From positions 8,122,001-8,186,000 of the forward strand of contig OZ176052.1 of NCBI GenBank assembly GCA_964247055.1: 64,000 bases of DNA. Direction: 5' to 3'. The DNA is from Paragordius varius. Lineage: Eukaryota > Animalia > Nematomorpha. The notes under the pieces are model-generated. The model saw nothing but the letters and a program-made list of their open reading frames with translations. It did no database searches and was not told the DNA's origin. Positions 12,027 through 25,496 of this stretch are shown here, piece by piece. Position 1 is the first letter of the stretch. The number at the start of each line of letters is the position of its first letter. A program made the position numbers and the translations under genes.

Positions 12027-13625
12027 TCAAATATTATACAATATTATTTTAGTTTTTTTAAATTATGTAAGTTTGGAATATTTGGTATATTTTAATAATT
12101 TTAATAAATTTGTTGCATTATATATATACATATATATAAGTAAGATACTTATGGGAAATTGATTTCATTTTAGACGTGTGATATGTTCCTTATACAAAAT
12201 ATATTAAAAAAATTAAAAAAACTTTATAATTTTTAATCTTTTTATTCCAAATTAATGTTACGGCACAGTTTATGGCCCTGCAACATGAAACAGCGTTTAT
12301 CCAAACTAAGCTTGCGGGCCATCATACACCCCTCTAGGTATTAATTTTTTATTGATAATTTGAATCAATTATTGGACAACTCATTTCAAATCATTAGTAA
12401 TAGTTTTGAAAGTTTAATTGTTGAAAATTATGTGTAGCACCAATATTCGAGGGGTGTGGAGGGCCCGCAGTGTTAGTGGGAGTCAAAAATCTTATAAGTG
12501 TTTTTCCAGAAAACGTGTAAACCATTTAGAAGTGATTAGGATAGGATTTTCGGAAAATCATGGACAAATCATTGCACGAATTCGCAATAGCCTAACAGAT
12601 ATTATATTAATTTGGGGGTCTTTAAAAATGTGTTTTTTAGCCACATCAAGGAACAGAATAAAATATGGTAAAAGAATATTTTTATTCTAGGCATCGTGAT
12701 CCAGTAAAGATTTTTCCCTTTTTTATTTTATTAATTTTGCAATTTTACTCTTTTAACAGGCTGAATCATGGAAATGATTGCCCTTTCGTTTTGATATAAT
12801 TAATTTAAAATTTTGCGCTTTCATCAATCGTTACAAACCCATTTTTGCCAACGTGTTCTCAACGGTGCTAAAAGCAGAAGTTGATTCCAATTATTACACT
12901 CAGTGAATTATTAATATTCGTTATATAAATCCCATAATCTGATACGTTTACGGAAAGTTTTTGAATTCAATGTGCATGTTATGATTAATAAGGAAATTAA
13001 ATTAAAACTTCAAAATTATCACCCTTGCTTCAATTAGTAACTTAATATTGTTTGAATTTCAACTTAACAATTAAATAATCTAATAATTATTTTTTGAATT
13101 CCGGTATGGAACGTTTACACCTATTTTTTTCTTATGATTGGAAACCCATAGTATAAAAAATGATAAAATGCAAATTGTTATTATTTTACACAAAAAATAA
13201 TATTCTCTACGAATTTCCAAGCCATTCATTCCTATGCTATAAACCCAAAAAAATATTAAAAACGACGTATAAGAAATGTTAAATTTTCTTACAGATGATA
13301 AAAATAAAATCAAACATTTTAAACAAAGTTTATATTGAAAAGAAGAATAAGGAAACAAACTAAAATAAAATATTGTGAATATGATTATTAATTATTAGCA
13401 TTATCGGTTATTGGAAAAATGACAAAATAAACAGACAATTGCTGATTCATGTCACTTTCAATTGCTATGTTTATGACAATTTAATACATATGTGAGATAA
13501 AAATTTATTTTTTACATTCTTGGAAAATTTATATTTTAAGGGCATTCTTTAAATTTTTGTATCAAAAATAACGCGAGGCTCAAAAAATATTTCATTATTA
13601 ATATTTTCTGTAATTTACAAAAAAA

Positions 13626-14952
13626 ATGCTCAATCTAATATTATCGTTATTATATATTTTAAAAATTTTATCTCATTCTGAAACCAAATCCTTTGATATA
13701 AAATGCCCATCTTTGCCAGGCAATGCTGAATGCATTTGCAGACCAATAGAAGATGATGAACAAAAAACTATATACGATGTTTTTTGCCATAGTTTATCCC
13801 ACACTGAGCGGATCCATAAAGTTTTGGAAGTCTTTGAACATCCTGATCATTTAAATACACCCATCAAATTATGGATACAAAACTCAAAATTCGAAGAATT
13901 GGATCTAATTAAATTACCCACATCGAAAGTTAAAATTGTTTCGTTACAATTCCTCTTTACTTCTATCGAAAAAATGTATGTATCGGCGTTTGATTCACTG
14001 GCTTCAGATCTCACAGAATTAGTTTTAATGGATCATACAATTAGTTCTGTATTGCACAGCGACCATGTTGAAATGATTATGGAGGCTATGATGCGTCTGA
14101 AAAACCTTAAGAACTTAACATTATATTTCCCTGATCTTGCAGCTATAGATTTAAATTATTTCAATAATTTTAAGAAATTAGAACAGTTACATCTTAATTT
14201 GCCTCATGTCACACAAGTATCAGGAGAACTTAATTTGCCGAAGTTGCGAGATATAGAATTTGAGAATAGGTTAACGATATTATCATTTTCAAACAGCCAT
14301 TTACCAAAGTTACAAACATTGTTTATAAAATCTATTCGTTTAAAAAATTTAACTAACGAGTCATTTACTTCTCTAACTAATGCTAAATCAATGGATATAT
14401 CATCAGGTGTCAAAAATATAGCTTTAAACGCTTTCTCAAACCTCAAAAATTTACAAAAACTTTCCTTATCTCATAATCATATCAGAATATTACCCTTATT
14501 TTGTAAACTATCTACCACATCTTCCTTGCAAAAAACTGCTTTCTTCAAGTAATTTTTATTATTTCAATATAATCGTATCTCTAATATTATTTATACTTAT
14601 TTGCTTTACACACGAAAGCATTATTATATATCCAAAATATAATCAGTTTTTTGGGTCTTTTCATTTAGGGTTGTGCTGACCAAGTCATGACCAGGTCAGT
14701 GACTATTTTTTGATCATGGTCATTAAAAAACAGCTTTTTTAAAAAAATTGCTGGTAAATTTTTTTGGAAGAGAGATAGTAAGATTTTATTGTTTTTTAAT
14801 ATACTTTTTAAAAAATATAAATTAAATATTTTAATATGCTTATTTAACAATATAAAATTGTTAAACATGCATCCTTATAACATAAGCATTTAGCATATCC
14901 AGTTATTTTGAAAAACAAAACAATCAAGCATTTTGCAAAATATGCGATTATT

Positions 14953-14992
<40 letters not shown>

Positions 14993-17900
14993 TATGAACC
15001 AATAAAATGTAAAAACATTTTATAATTGGATATTTCAATGATGAAAGAAAGTGTAAAACAAACTAAAATTTTATTTGAATCCAGTATTAAAAGCTATGAA
15101 TTTGAAGATTCAGAAGGCCACAAGAATGTGGCAAAATTTATTTAAAACAAAATTCTTGATTAAATTTGATTGAAAATATTGTAAATAACACTAGTCGACA
15201 AATTTGGACATTTATGAGCACCACCACTCAAACTTTTACATTATGACTAATTTTAGTGTTTTAAAACCGAATGTGAAAAAATTTTTGATCCCGCCAATCA
15301 GAATTTTGAAATATTATAGTTTTTCAATTTTTCAAAAACAAGAGAAAATTAAATATAACTTTATAATAAAATGTTATTATATTATAAACTTAATATCATT
15401 TAATAAAGCGTTTTAAACTCTATTTTTTGAATATAAATATGTCATTTAAATATCAGAGAGAAAAAAATAGTACGGACTTAAACGTCAAAATTTAGTCTTT
15501 TTCTTTCAAGTGATACGTATAAAAAATTTTAAAAAAATACTAAAAAAGGCATTCTATGGTTTAAACCTTCGGCTTTTAGATAGGCTATATTTTTTTGTTA
15601 GTTTTCGTTCTTTCGAGTACTTATTAGGCTTTTTTTCTTGAGTTAGTTCTTACAAAAAATCCTTTATTTATACCTAGTGGATATACTTTATTTTTTAAAA
15701 TTATTGGTTGTTTTGTATTTTTAATTTCAGATGGATGTTGTGTAGCCACTTTTAGTAGAATTTACTATTATGGGATTGGACCATTTGGATTTACCTAATC
15801 TTTTTATTCAATTTAATTGTAGAATTTATCTAACCTTATTCTGTAAATTGGTTAATTTGACATGTCAATTTGCCTGGATTTTGCTTGCAAGTCTCTCTTA
15901 TCGGGCTTTACGATTACTTATTGTTATCTTTACCATATCTGGCATAATTGGATCGCTTGGGGGATATGCAGAGCTTGTGCAGCCGACCGGATCTATCACA
16001 CTATACATAAGCCCCTTTTTGATTTTTAATACTTTGGCTCTTAGCTTGTTTAGTATTTAATGCGAATTTTGTTATTCATGCATGGAATATTACTTGTATC
16101 GACTTGTTCGTTTGAATATTTAAACATATATACACGAGGAATGATTGTTATTTTTAAATTAAATACAAATTTAAAAATTAAATTTCGGAAAAATCCTATT
16201 GGTGGCCTCACTTTTCTTTTTTGTTTTGGCCTTTCCATGCCATTAGGTATCAGAAAATGCAAAAATAATGGGGTGGTGCAAAACCTTGTTGAGCAGTGTA
16301 ATAAATATAATGTATAATTTAAACTTTTAAGAAAAAACATGACATTATTAGTGAAACGCAAGTGTCGTTCGAACATTATTTTCACAATCCAATATCGCAT
16401 GGTATTTAATTAGGTAAAATGGTCATGACCATGGGCATGACCATTGTCTGACCGGGTCTGACCGGACTTTTTTTAAAACGCAGTCAAATGCACAACCATA
16501 TTAGCAGTCTCTTCCTTTTCCATTTGATCTGTAAAAACCATTCCACTGCAAATTTTTTTGGTCTTGGGTTTTACCGCATGCTTTTAGCTTTAGTATAAAT
16601 AAATTCCTTGTAATATGTAAAAACTTACAGTGTATAGTTTTCTATAAATTTTTTGAATGGCCAAAGCTTTTTAACATTTTTAATATTCTTTTACAATGAT
16701 TTAGAAGTTTATGTTCATGTACATATATAATTATATACGGTAACCTAAAATATATCCTGATGAAATATGATTCGGAATATGTTTCATGCTTACGGTGCTT
16801 TAGGTTGTTGTTGCAAGTCATTACTTTTGCTTTGAGGGTGATTACAACAAAAATTAGCGTACATTACCTGTCATTAATTTTTTAGTAAGAATCTCAAGAT
16901 AATATTATTGATATATTTAATGCAAAATAATTAAAAGAATTAAATATCAATGTTCCCCGCTGAAAATAGGTTAGTTTTCTTCAATAATCTTAATGCCGAG
17001 ATTTTTGCGATAAGAATCTCTTATTACATGCTAGAATATGTATGACATAATATATTATTTGCGACAAATTGCACAATTGGGTATATTGAAGCATGATGAA
17101 AACGATTAAAGCCCTAAATATAAAACTTTTTTTATTTGATGGTGTGTTGGTTCCCTAACAAATATTTAGATTCGTTAACCTTAAAATATGAGTAGATTTT
17201 ATGAAAAATACAATTATATTTAACTCTAACAATGCGAGTGCCACATTAAGTATACAGAAAAACTGTTTATATTTTTTATTTTTTAACAATATTTTATTTT
17301 TAAAAAAGCGTTATTTAAAATATTTTGCCCTATCTGGACTCTTTTCTGTTGTTTTAATGAAAGCCAAATTTTAACGGGGTCCAAAAATATGAGTTCGGGG
17401 TTATTTTAAATCAATACAATTATTACAATGGTTAATATCTATTATTAAATATCAACAATACATTTACAAGAAATATTTTTATGCAATGTGGGCTAATTTT
17501 GTGATTCATTAATTACTAAAAAATAAAATTAATAAATTCGTTAACGCCCAAAACTTGAAGCCACATGAAATCGTGATATATATATATATTTCTATCAAAA
17601 TAAATATATTTTATCTGGATATTTTTATAAGATCAAGATACCCTTTTATTTTATAATGTCTCTCCCAGAAAAAAGCATGAAAACTCTGTGTCAATGTTAA
17701 CGAGTATTGATTTATCCCACAATTTTATTACTGATGACGCTTTAACTACTAATGTTTTTGATGGTTGTACTAAACTAACACATTTATATTTGAATGGGAA
17801 TAAGCTGAAATCCCCGCCCGGTAATTTTTTGTTACATGTAAAACCAACTTTAACTCATTTAAACCTTGGTCAAAATCATATAAATGAACTTCCAACAAGC

Positions 17901-19527
17901 TTATTATCTAACTTACCCAAATTGAAATTTCTTGACTTGAGCAACAATGATATTTACCGTGTATCAGCGCAAGCATTTACTCATAATCCCGAGTTGGAAA
18001 GCTTAACTCTGCGTGGAAATAATATTGAAAGATTTGAACTGATTAATACTGATGTGCCAAATCTCAAAGCCATTACAGTGGGGAAAAATCTACTTTCGCA
18101 GTTTCCCTTCAAATCTTTCGAAAATCATCAAAATCTTTCAATTGTTTATTTAAACAATAATAAAATTAGTCGAGTAAATGGTTTGTTGGAGTTTATTGTT
18201 GCTAATTCGAAAAAGATTATAAACCTCGAAGGTATATGAATTTTATTTTTAATTATATATGAGGTGTCCTACAAGCGACCCGCTAAAAATATGGGAAATC
18301 ATAAAATAAATGCCAAATTCTTTTAACGCATTATTCTATATAAAAACTTAGAAGATTGACTATTTTTAAAATTTTCTTTATTTTAAATTTTGGCAAAGAA
18401 CTATTAAAAATTATAGTAGTTATATTGTGTTCTTATTTTTTTAGTTTTATGTTTAAAATTAAATAAAATATTCTTTAAAGTCCATAAATTTTTGAAATGC
18501 GGCCCGCCTGGTTTTTTGAGTCAAAAATGTAGTCCGCGAAGTTATTGTTGGTCACAGAGAGTCAAATAAATTGTTTCACAAAAGTCTTCATTTGACCGTT
18601 AGTTTTTTAAATTTGTTTGTACTTTTAAATAAATTCATTTATAATAATCTATTATTTTATCATGCAAAAATACATGTAGTGTTTGGCGGTTACGCTAATT
18701 TATTTTGATTTTTATCAATATACTTGAAAAGCGATAGATATTCACCTGTTAAGTTTTTGTTTATTTTTTTGTTGACTCGCTCAGGGATAAAATATAAAGA
18801 TGTTCAATTATGAAATATTATGTTGGAAAACAGCTATTTTTTGGTATATGAATATAACAAATTATAAAATGGTCATTGATCGCAATAATTCAAGCAAATT
18901 GATCGTGTTTTGCTAAATGTTATAATTGTTTATTTCTTTCGATATTTTAAATATTTTTTATGTTTAGAAAATCCCATTGTATGTGATTGCGATATATATA
19001 ATTTGGTCAATTGGTATCATAATGATTATAAACCAATCGTTCCAAAACAAGAAGATAGAGAGGAAGATCCTATTTCAAGCGACGAGTATAACTACAAAGT
19101 CTCTGAACTTCAACTTATTGGGACATGTTCGAATCCTGATAAAAATATTTCAAGCATTTCCATAACAGATCCGACCTTGCTTGAAAAACTTTTGAATCTT
19201 TGTAGTGCTAACGTGGATAATATACCAACAACTGATGAGAAAAAGCAAAATATATCATTACATAATCGGAATTCAAACATGTTGTCACCAAATACTAAAA
19301 ATCACGCAAAATGGAAAAAGTTTTCGCTTATATTTGGTTTTCTAATCCTTTTAGCCTTATTAATGTTTTTGGTTATAATTTTGCAAAAATTTGGTTTATT
19401 ACCGAAATTTGATGGCCGAAGAACATTCCCAGTTTCTAAAAATGTTCTTACAAAACGTAATTATTTTAACAATGATATAATACGCCTTAACAATGAATCT
19501 GATCACACTCAATTTGCCAACCATTAG
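13626..19527 (+). CDS. LRR single-pass transmembrane protein, 681 aa, no TIR domain; exons 13626-14548, 17669-18231, 18968-19527
   Basis: Signal peptide, N-cap CPSLPGNAECIC, LxxLxLxxN repeats, C-cap NPIVCDCDIYNL..W...GTCSNP, TM FSLIFGFLILLALLMFLVIIL and a tail of about 50 aa. Splice phases match (2/2 and 1/1) and the exons sum to 2046 nt. Confidence 0.88.
14955..14991. repeat. (TA)n microsatellite; similar tracts at about 617, 9038, 31433, 34811 and 46085
   Basis: Read directly from the sequence. Confidence 0.9.
15189..16298 (+). mobile_element. Non-autonomous CAC-terminal element (Chapaev3/CACTA-like), copy 1
   Basis: Termini CACTAGTCGACAA ... TTGTTGAGCAGTG with a TAA target duplication. 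Absent from the 35-kb copy of the host MITE. A second copy lies inverted at 27919-29048. Confidence 0.85.
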
Positions 19528-20683
19528 TTTATGTCCCCGAATCTCTTCACATAAAAAATGTAGTTTTTCGCAAAACATAACAAATTTTAAATTTATATTT
19601 TTTTGAAATAAGAATTTATATTTCATTTATTTATTATACATATTAATATTTTGAATGAACTGGCTAAAGTCTCTCTAATGGCTTAAATGGTTGAAATAAC
19701 CTAGGATTTTTGAGATGGGAAAACTTTGAATTACCGTTTTTATGGCTAAACAAGATTTCCAAACATTAAATTAATAAAATATGGGCATTTACGTTTCATA
19801 TGGCTCATGCGCATGGCCCTTATTAAAAATTTGTTTTTAAAGTTAATGCAATTTATTTGGCAATTATAGTGTGTATAAATTTATATCTATTGCAAGTGTT
19901 TTGTGAAAACATCGAATTCCTTATAGCTTGAATTTTTAGCTTGGGTTTACAAATTAAAAGCAACAAAAAAAATCCGTACTTTTTCACATTTACATTCTCA
20001 TTGCAAATTTTACCCTAAAAATTAAAAATTTCGTTAATTTTGCATATTATACACCAAAAAATATTCTAAATAGTATTTGTTAAAAACGAATCTTCCTAAA
20101 AAGATAGTTATATATCATAAAATTGTCTACCGTAAACCAATGTGGCCCTAAATTTTTTTTTTATACTTATTTTGAAATTTTTTTTTAAAATTTGTCAAAT
20201 AACATGAAATCATTGATAACAAATAGTGCACGCTTGAGACAAGATTATGTTTTAGCCCTTAAAATTGTTTGGTGATTTTTACTGCCGTCAACTGTTTAAT
20301 TTTATTTAAACAATTATCGGTAAACTATGATTTGTCTAACCGTCTATTTGGTATCAAAAGCTAGTCAAAATTTTTAAAAAAACTATTTTTTTTATTTTTC
20401 GGCTCTTTCATACGACGGAATAATGAGATAAGGAAATAAAAAATTTAAAATTGTATATACCATTTGCGCTTCAAAGTGTCATTTAGCATACAAATTGGTC
20501 ATTGACTTTATCAATCATAATGATTCCAATAAATCGCAAAACATAAGGGCGTATTGAGTGTTTAGATATGCCAAATAAATATAAAAATATAAAATGTACA
20601 GAAATTATCCTTTTTTTGTCTCCATTACATCGTTGCACATTTAAAAATAAATAATAGGGATAAAACACTATTGGTTAGTAATA

Positions 20684-20894
20684 ACAGTTGTAAAATCCGT
20701 AATATAATGATAATCGAAATTTAGAAATTATAAACGATATCTGAAACCCTTGGTCAATAGTAATCGCAGACTAGTTTCGTGCTTGTTAGCACTCATCAGT
20801 ACGACACAACTATATAATTTCTGTTTATAATTATCTTTCAATTAATTATCTATTTAAATTTCGATTATCATTATATTAGGGATTTTACAACTGT
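20684..20894. repeat. 40-bp inverted repeat enclosing a hammerhead motif (Penelope-like or retrozyme remnant)
   Basis: acagttgtaaaatccgtaatataatgataatcgaaattta (20684-20723) is the reverse complement of 20855-20894 with one mismatch. Confidence 0.75.
20763..20805 (-). ncRNA. Minimal type I hammerhead ribozyme motif
   Basis: Minus strand reads GUCGUA-CUGAUGA-GUGCU(AACA)AGCAC-GAA-AC(UA)GU-C-UGCGAU: complete core, 5-bp stem II, palindromic ACUAGU stem III, 6-bp stem I with two G-U pairs, and a GUC cleavage triplet. Confidence 0.85.
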
Positions 20895-22270
20895 TTTTAC
20901 AAAACATAATCAATCCGTCATTTACCATTACTATTGGTTACTATTATATATATCCATACGCCATAGATAGAGTTTTATGGCGAGACAGGTTGAACATGAC
21001 CGCTCTCACGAGTGAAATAAAGATATCATATCTAATAATTTTTTTACAATTCGCACAAAATCTTGGTTTTGTGATTTAGATTAAAAATATCTGTTATATT
21101 GAAGCTATGCAATATTTATAGGGATTATATTGTGGTCAGAAAAAGGCCTGTATATTATGAAGTCCTAAAATACTGTTTTGAAAGTTGTGTTAGTAATATT
21201 TATTCAGCCTTTCTCTTTTTTTAGATAAAAAAACTAATGATTCTCACATTTTTTTTACTTCTATAGTCCCGAATTCGGATAGCTCCAAAACATTATTGAG
21301 GCAAATATCAATGATGCTTGAATTTTAACCATAATGTAATACATTAAGGTTATTGTATTTGCAATTAACTTTTGATTACATTACATGTTCATTTTTTGTC
21401 ACTGCGATGACGTTTTTAGGTAGTAAAAATCTTAAAATCGATAAAATTTTTGCTAATAAAATGCAATGAAGCTAATTAAAATTAAATATATTTTCAACAC
21501 CGCATTTGCCCATTTGTTAGCTTAAAAAAAATAACGGTGAAAAAGTTTAAAATGAGGAGTTTTTACAACAAAATATTTTTTAAATAAAATTTGTATGTGC
21601 TTAAAAGGCTAAAGATAGCATATTTAATTCTTAATACCTTATTTAAGATATTCGTTAACATCGCTGTGGGATATAAAACTAGCCAAAGGTCTTGAAGTCC
21701 TTAAAAAATGGCGACGACAAAGTTGATAAAGATACAAAAATTTTGCATTTTTTATATGTTTATATAATGCGACTAAAGGGTTCAAGAAAGCATATTTTTA
21801 ATTTCAGGCCACTAAAGATATTAATTATGTTATTTGAATTATTGATGGCTCGGTATAAAGCTACCCCCAAACGATAAAATATTAAATATATAACCATCAG
21901 GTGAAAGCACCATTATGATCCTAATATACTAATCATGACCTTTTAGTTTTGTAAGCGATGACATTTTAGGGTAGTTTTCCGCCCCAGAGCGTCAGGTTCT
22001 GAACAAAGTACTCAATTTTTAAGTTTTTTTAAAATTTAAATAACCAGCCCCCTCCTGTAATAGATAAAGATTGTAAAATTTTCAGAATTTTAAAACCTTG
22101 AGTTTAAAATTCAAATAGCTCCAATACACGTTAGGTAATCAATTACTAGTAAATTTTAGTTTGAAAGCAGCTATCCATAGTTATTTAATTTTTCCACTAA
22201 ACTATACATTTATTTGGCTATTCACGTTTTAAAAAAATATAAAAAAAAACTTGGCGGCGAAAAAGTTTAA

Positions 22271-25200
22271 CACTTGGATACAACACATCAATTTCAGTCT
22301 TTTGATTCAAATTGGGTAGTTGGATCCTGGACTGTTTAAAATTAAATTTCAAAAAATATGGAATGAATTAAAATCATGGCAAAAATTAGCACATTTATAA
22401 AATTAATGAACCGAAATATATAAAAAATTTCATTCAAACATACTTGATATTACTTATTTTTAAGTAAAACAAGGTAAATTTAATCATTATGACATGTGTG
22501 CATAAGGTAAATTTTTAAAAAACTACAAAATATACCACTTTTTCTGTTTCTATCAATGTTAGACCTAATTTAAATAAAAAATCAGTTTTCATTTTACTTT
22601 TAATATCAAATAAACACGATATTTTGCAAAAATGTTGTAAAAAAATGGCGTCGAAGTAATATAATATGTGACTTTTTTTCAAACCCAAATTATTTAGATA
22701 CTAGGCTGACCCTGTTACGCTTCGCTGTGATGTAGTCTCACCGTCTTAATAATTTGGAATAAATAGAGGTAATGGAGATAAAAAATATAAAAAACATATT
22801 TAATAAAAAGAATGTTTTTAATTATTCTTTTACGGGTTTTTGCTTAGGCTCAAATAATACTTGAAATTGACCATATTTAAACTGTCCCTTATTAAAGTTA
22901 ATAGTTAACTAACATTGGATTTATTTTAGTTTGTTTACGAAATAATATTATTTTAAAATTGTGTTCACACAGCATCGAGGGAAATGAAATGTAAATCATT
23001 TGTGGTCCCTTTTTAATGAAAGAATGAAATTATACAAATTTCCCAGGAAAGTGTTTAACTGAAGTCGTATGGCTTCCTAAGTTTTTTGAAAATCAGCTCC
23101 ACCATTTTTTTATGACGCCTCAGTTTTAAATCGGTAGACCCCTAATAGACCTATATGGAAAAAGCGCTGAGTTAAATTTTTACCTTTATAGGGTAAATAT
23201 TTGGAATCATCTTTAATACCATCGTCTCATGGATTATTCGAAAAAATGCCTCAACACTAAATAATTGTTATGTGATGGCGTATTTTAGGGCAAAATGACC
23301 CCAAAATAACTTCTGATAAAAAAACGTCTGACCTTTCTTACCTTACGGGTACTCAAGCTTTTAATGAGCTATGGTTTAATAAATTTTCTGTAAATTAAAA
23401 ACAACGCATTTTCTATATAGTGGCGCAGTCTTGGCGGGTAACTCCTTTCCCAGGGCAGGTATAAAATAGCGTTGGGCAAAATTTTAATCTTTATACGGGG
23501 AATATTTGGAATTATCATGGATTCCATATGTTCCAATGTCTAGGAACTATGGCTTCAAAACTAAATTGTTCTATGGCGGTGTATTTTTCAGGGCGTAAAG
23601 CTTTATTAAGCGGCATATTAAAATAATCCCTTTACTATAATATTTGTTTTGGGATAAAAAATATTTTAAGCCCTTTTTGTACTCACATAGCCTCGTAGGT
23701 TTTCTGAAATTCGGCTCCAAAGGCATGCTGTATCAATATGGTGACGAAGTTTTACGCGGGTAGTCCCCTAACTAGGGGCGAAACAAAAAAAGCTTGATTA
23801 AAATTTTGCCTTGATTCGGGTCTGGAATCATGATTGATTCCATATGCTCTCGTGGGATTTTCGGAAAACTTTATCAAAAACCAAAAAGTCATTCTATGGT
23901 GGCGCATTTTTCAGGACAGGGTCTAATTAATTAAATAAAACCGCTCTATTAATATTTGCCTTTTTACGATTAATATTCTAAGCCTTTATTGACTCATAAA
24001 GCCTGTTAAGTTTTTAAAATTTGCCTCCAAAGTCACTCTGTATCGATATAATGACGCAGTTGTAGGCTGGTAGACCCCCACCCAGAGGCCAATATAAAAA
24101 AGATTCGATAAAAATGTTTGCCTTTATAGGGGAATACCTGAAATCATCATTCATATCATATTTTCTTAATAGTTTTTGGAAGTATGGCTTCAAAACTAAA
24201 TAATAGTTCAATGATAGAGAATTTTTAAGGCGTAAAGGGCCTAATTAACGGTTAATTTAAAAAAACCGCTGGACTTAAATTTTTGCCTTTTTACAGGTGA
24301 TATTTCAGGCCCTTATTAAACTAAGATGGCCTGAAAAGTTTGCTGAAAACCAACTCCTAAACAACGCGCTTATAATATGGTGGCGCAATTTAGGCGGCTA
24401 GCTCCCTACCCAGCTAGTACAAAAAAGCGCTTGATTAAAATTTTTGCCTTTTTACGGAGAATACCTGGAATCATGATTGAGTCCTTATGCTCTCATTAAT
24501 TTTTAGTTAAATTTCCTCAAAACTAAAAACTCATTCTATGATAGCGCATTTTTAAGGGTGATTTTTGCTTTGTTAGGGGTAATATTTTAAGCAGACATTG
24601 AACTCACATGGCATGATAGTTTTCTGAATTTTAGCCCCAGAGGCACGCTACTTCGATATGACGGGGCAGTTTTTAGCGGAGCAGCCAATATAAAAGAAAC
24701 GCTCGACTAAAGTTTTTGCCTTTTAACAAGGAATATCCGGAATCCACATTAAAATTTTACGGTCTGAGCATAAGATTTGAAAAATAAATTTTGTGGACTT
24801 GGTTTTTTTTCAAAAAATGGCATTTTACGGGGGGGGGCGGGTAAAAAGAGGGCATAAATTAAAAAAGCGAGCCGACTAAGTTCGACGCAATCGAAAAAAA
24901 GTAAAAAAAAATTATATTTGAAATCGAATGGTCTAACAGGTTTCCCGGAAAATTGTCTCAAAGACACGATTTTTGTGGACTTCTCTTTTTAAAAACCCTT
25001 TTTGCACGGGGTGGGCCCGAACCGCGGACTAATTCAAAAAAGGGCGAAGCTAATGTTGGGGCATTTATTATTGATTATATTCGACATTTGTATTTGAATG
25101 GGCCTACCGGTTTTCCGGAAACAGATCACAAAGCCAGCGATAGATATATAGATTTAGGCTTATGTATATAATTTTTACTAGGACAGAAGCATAAATTCAA

Positions 25201-25278
25201 TAGAACCGTTTCTCTTAGTAGTTTTTAAAAATCTAATATAGTTTGGGGTATTTAGATACCCCGATTAAAATGGAAGTG
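22271..25278 (+). mobile_element. piggyBac-like MITE (family A, about 556 bp of its own sequence) split by a Helitron
   Basis: TTAA|CACTTGGATAC ... GGAAGTG|TTAA. The halves rejoin across 22700/25153 to match the intact copy at 45139-45705. Confidence 0.85.
22701..25152 (-). mobile_element. Non-autonomous Helitron, copy 2
   Basis: Minus-strand 5' TCTATATATC..GCTGGCTTTGTGATCTG and 3' ACAGCGAAGCGTAACAGGGTCAGCCTAG|T. Inserted between A and T with no TSD. About 10 internal repeats of about 165 bp. Confidence 0.88.
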
Positions 25279-25496
25279 TTAATTTTTTACAATTCTACAT
25301 TTTTTTATAAAAAGTTTTGTCCTATACGCCTAGAAAGTTAATAAGGGTCTATGGTCATTAAAAAAACAATTTTTATATTCTGTGTTTTTATTTACCATTT
25401 GCTAAATTCCTAATAGGAAGTTCTGGTCACCATATGAAAAAAGACATCCGTGTAACGTCATTTTGTCGATCAGTTTGTCAGCCAATTCTGTCTTAA

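Larger units (their letters stand above)
14666..16500 (+). mobile_element. hAT MITE (same family as 35071-35748) in LRR intron 1, carrying a nested insertion
   Basis: Termini TAGGGTTGTGC ... GCACAACCATA; colinear with the 678-bp copy apart from the 15189-16298 insert. TSD not preserved. Confidence 0.85.

Noticed and set aside
22701-25152. Regularly spaced repeats as a CRISPR-like array
   Set aside because: Units are about 165 bp and homologous along their whole length with no unique spacers, sit within Helitron termini, and the DNA is eukaryotic with no cas genes.
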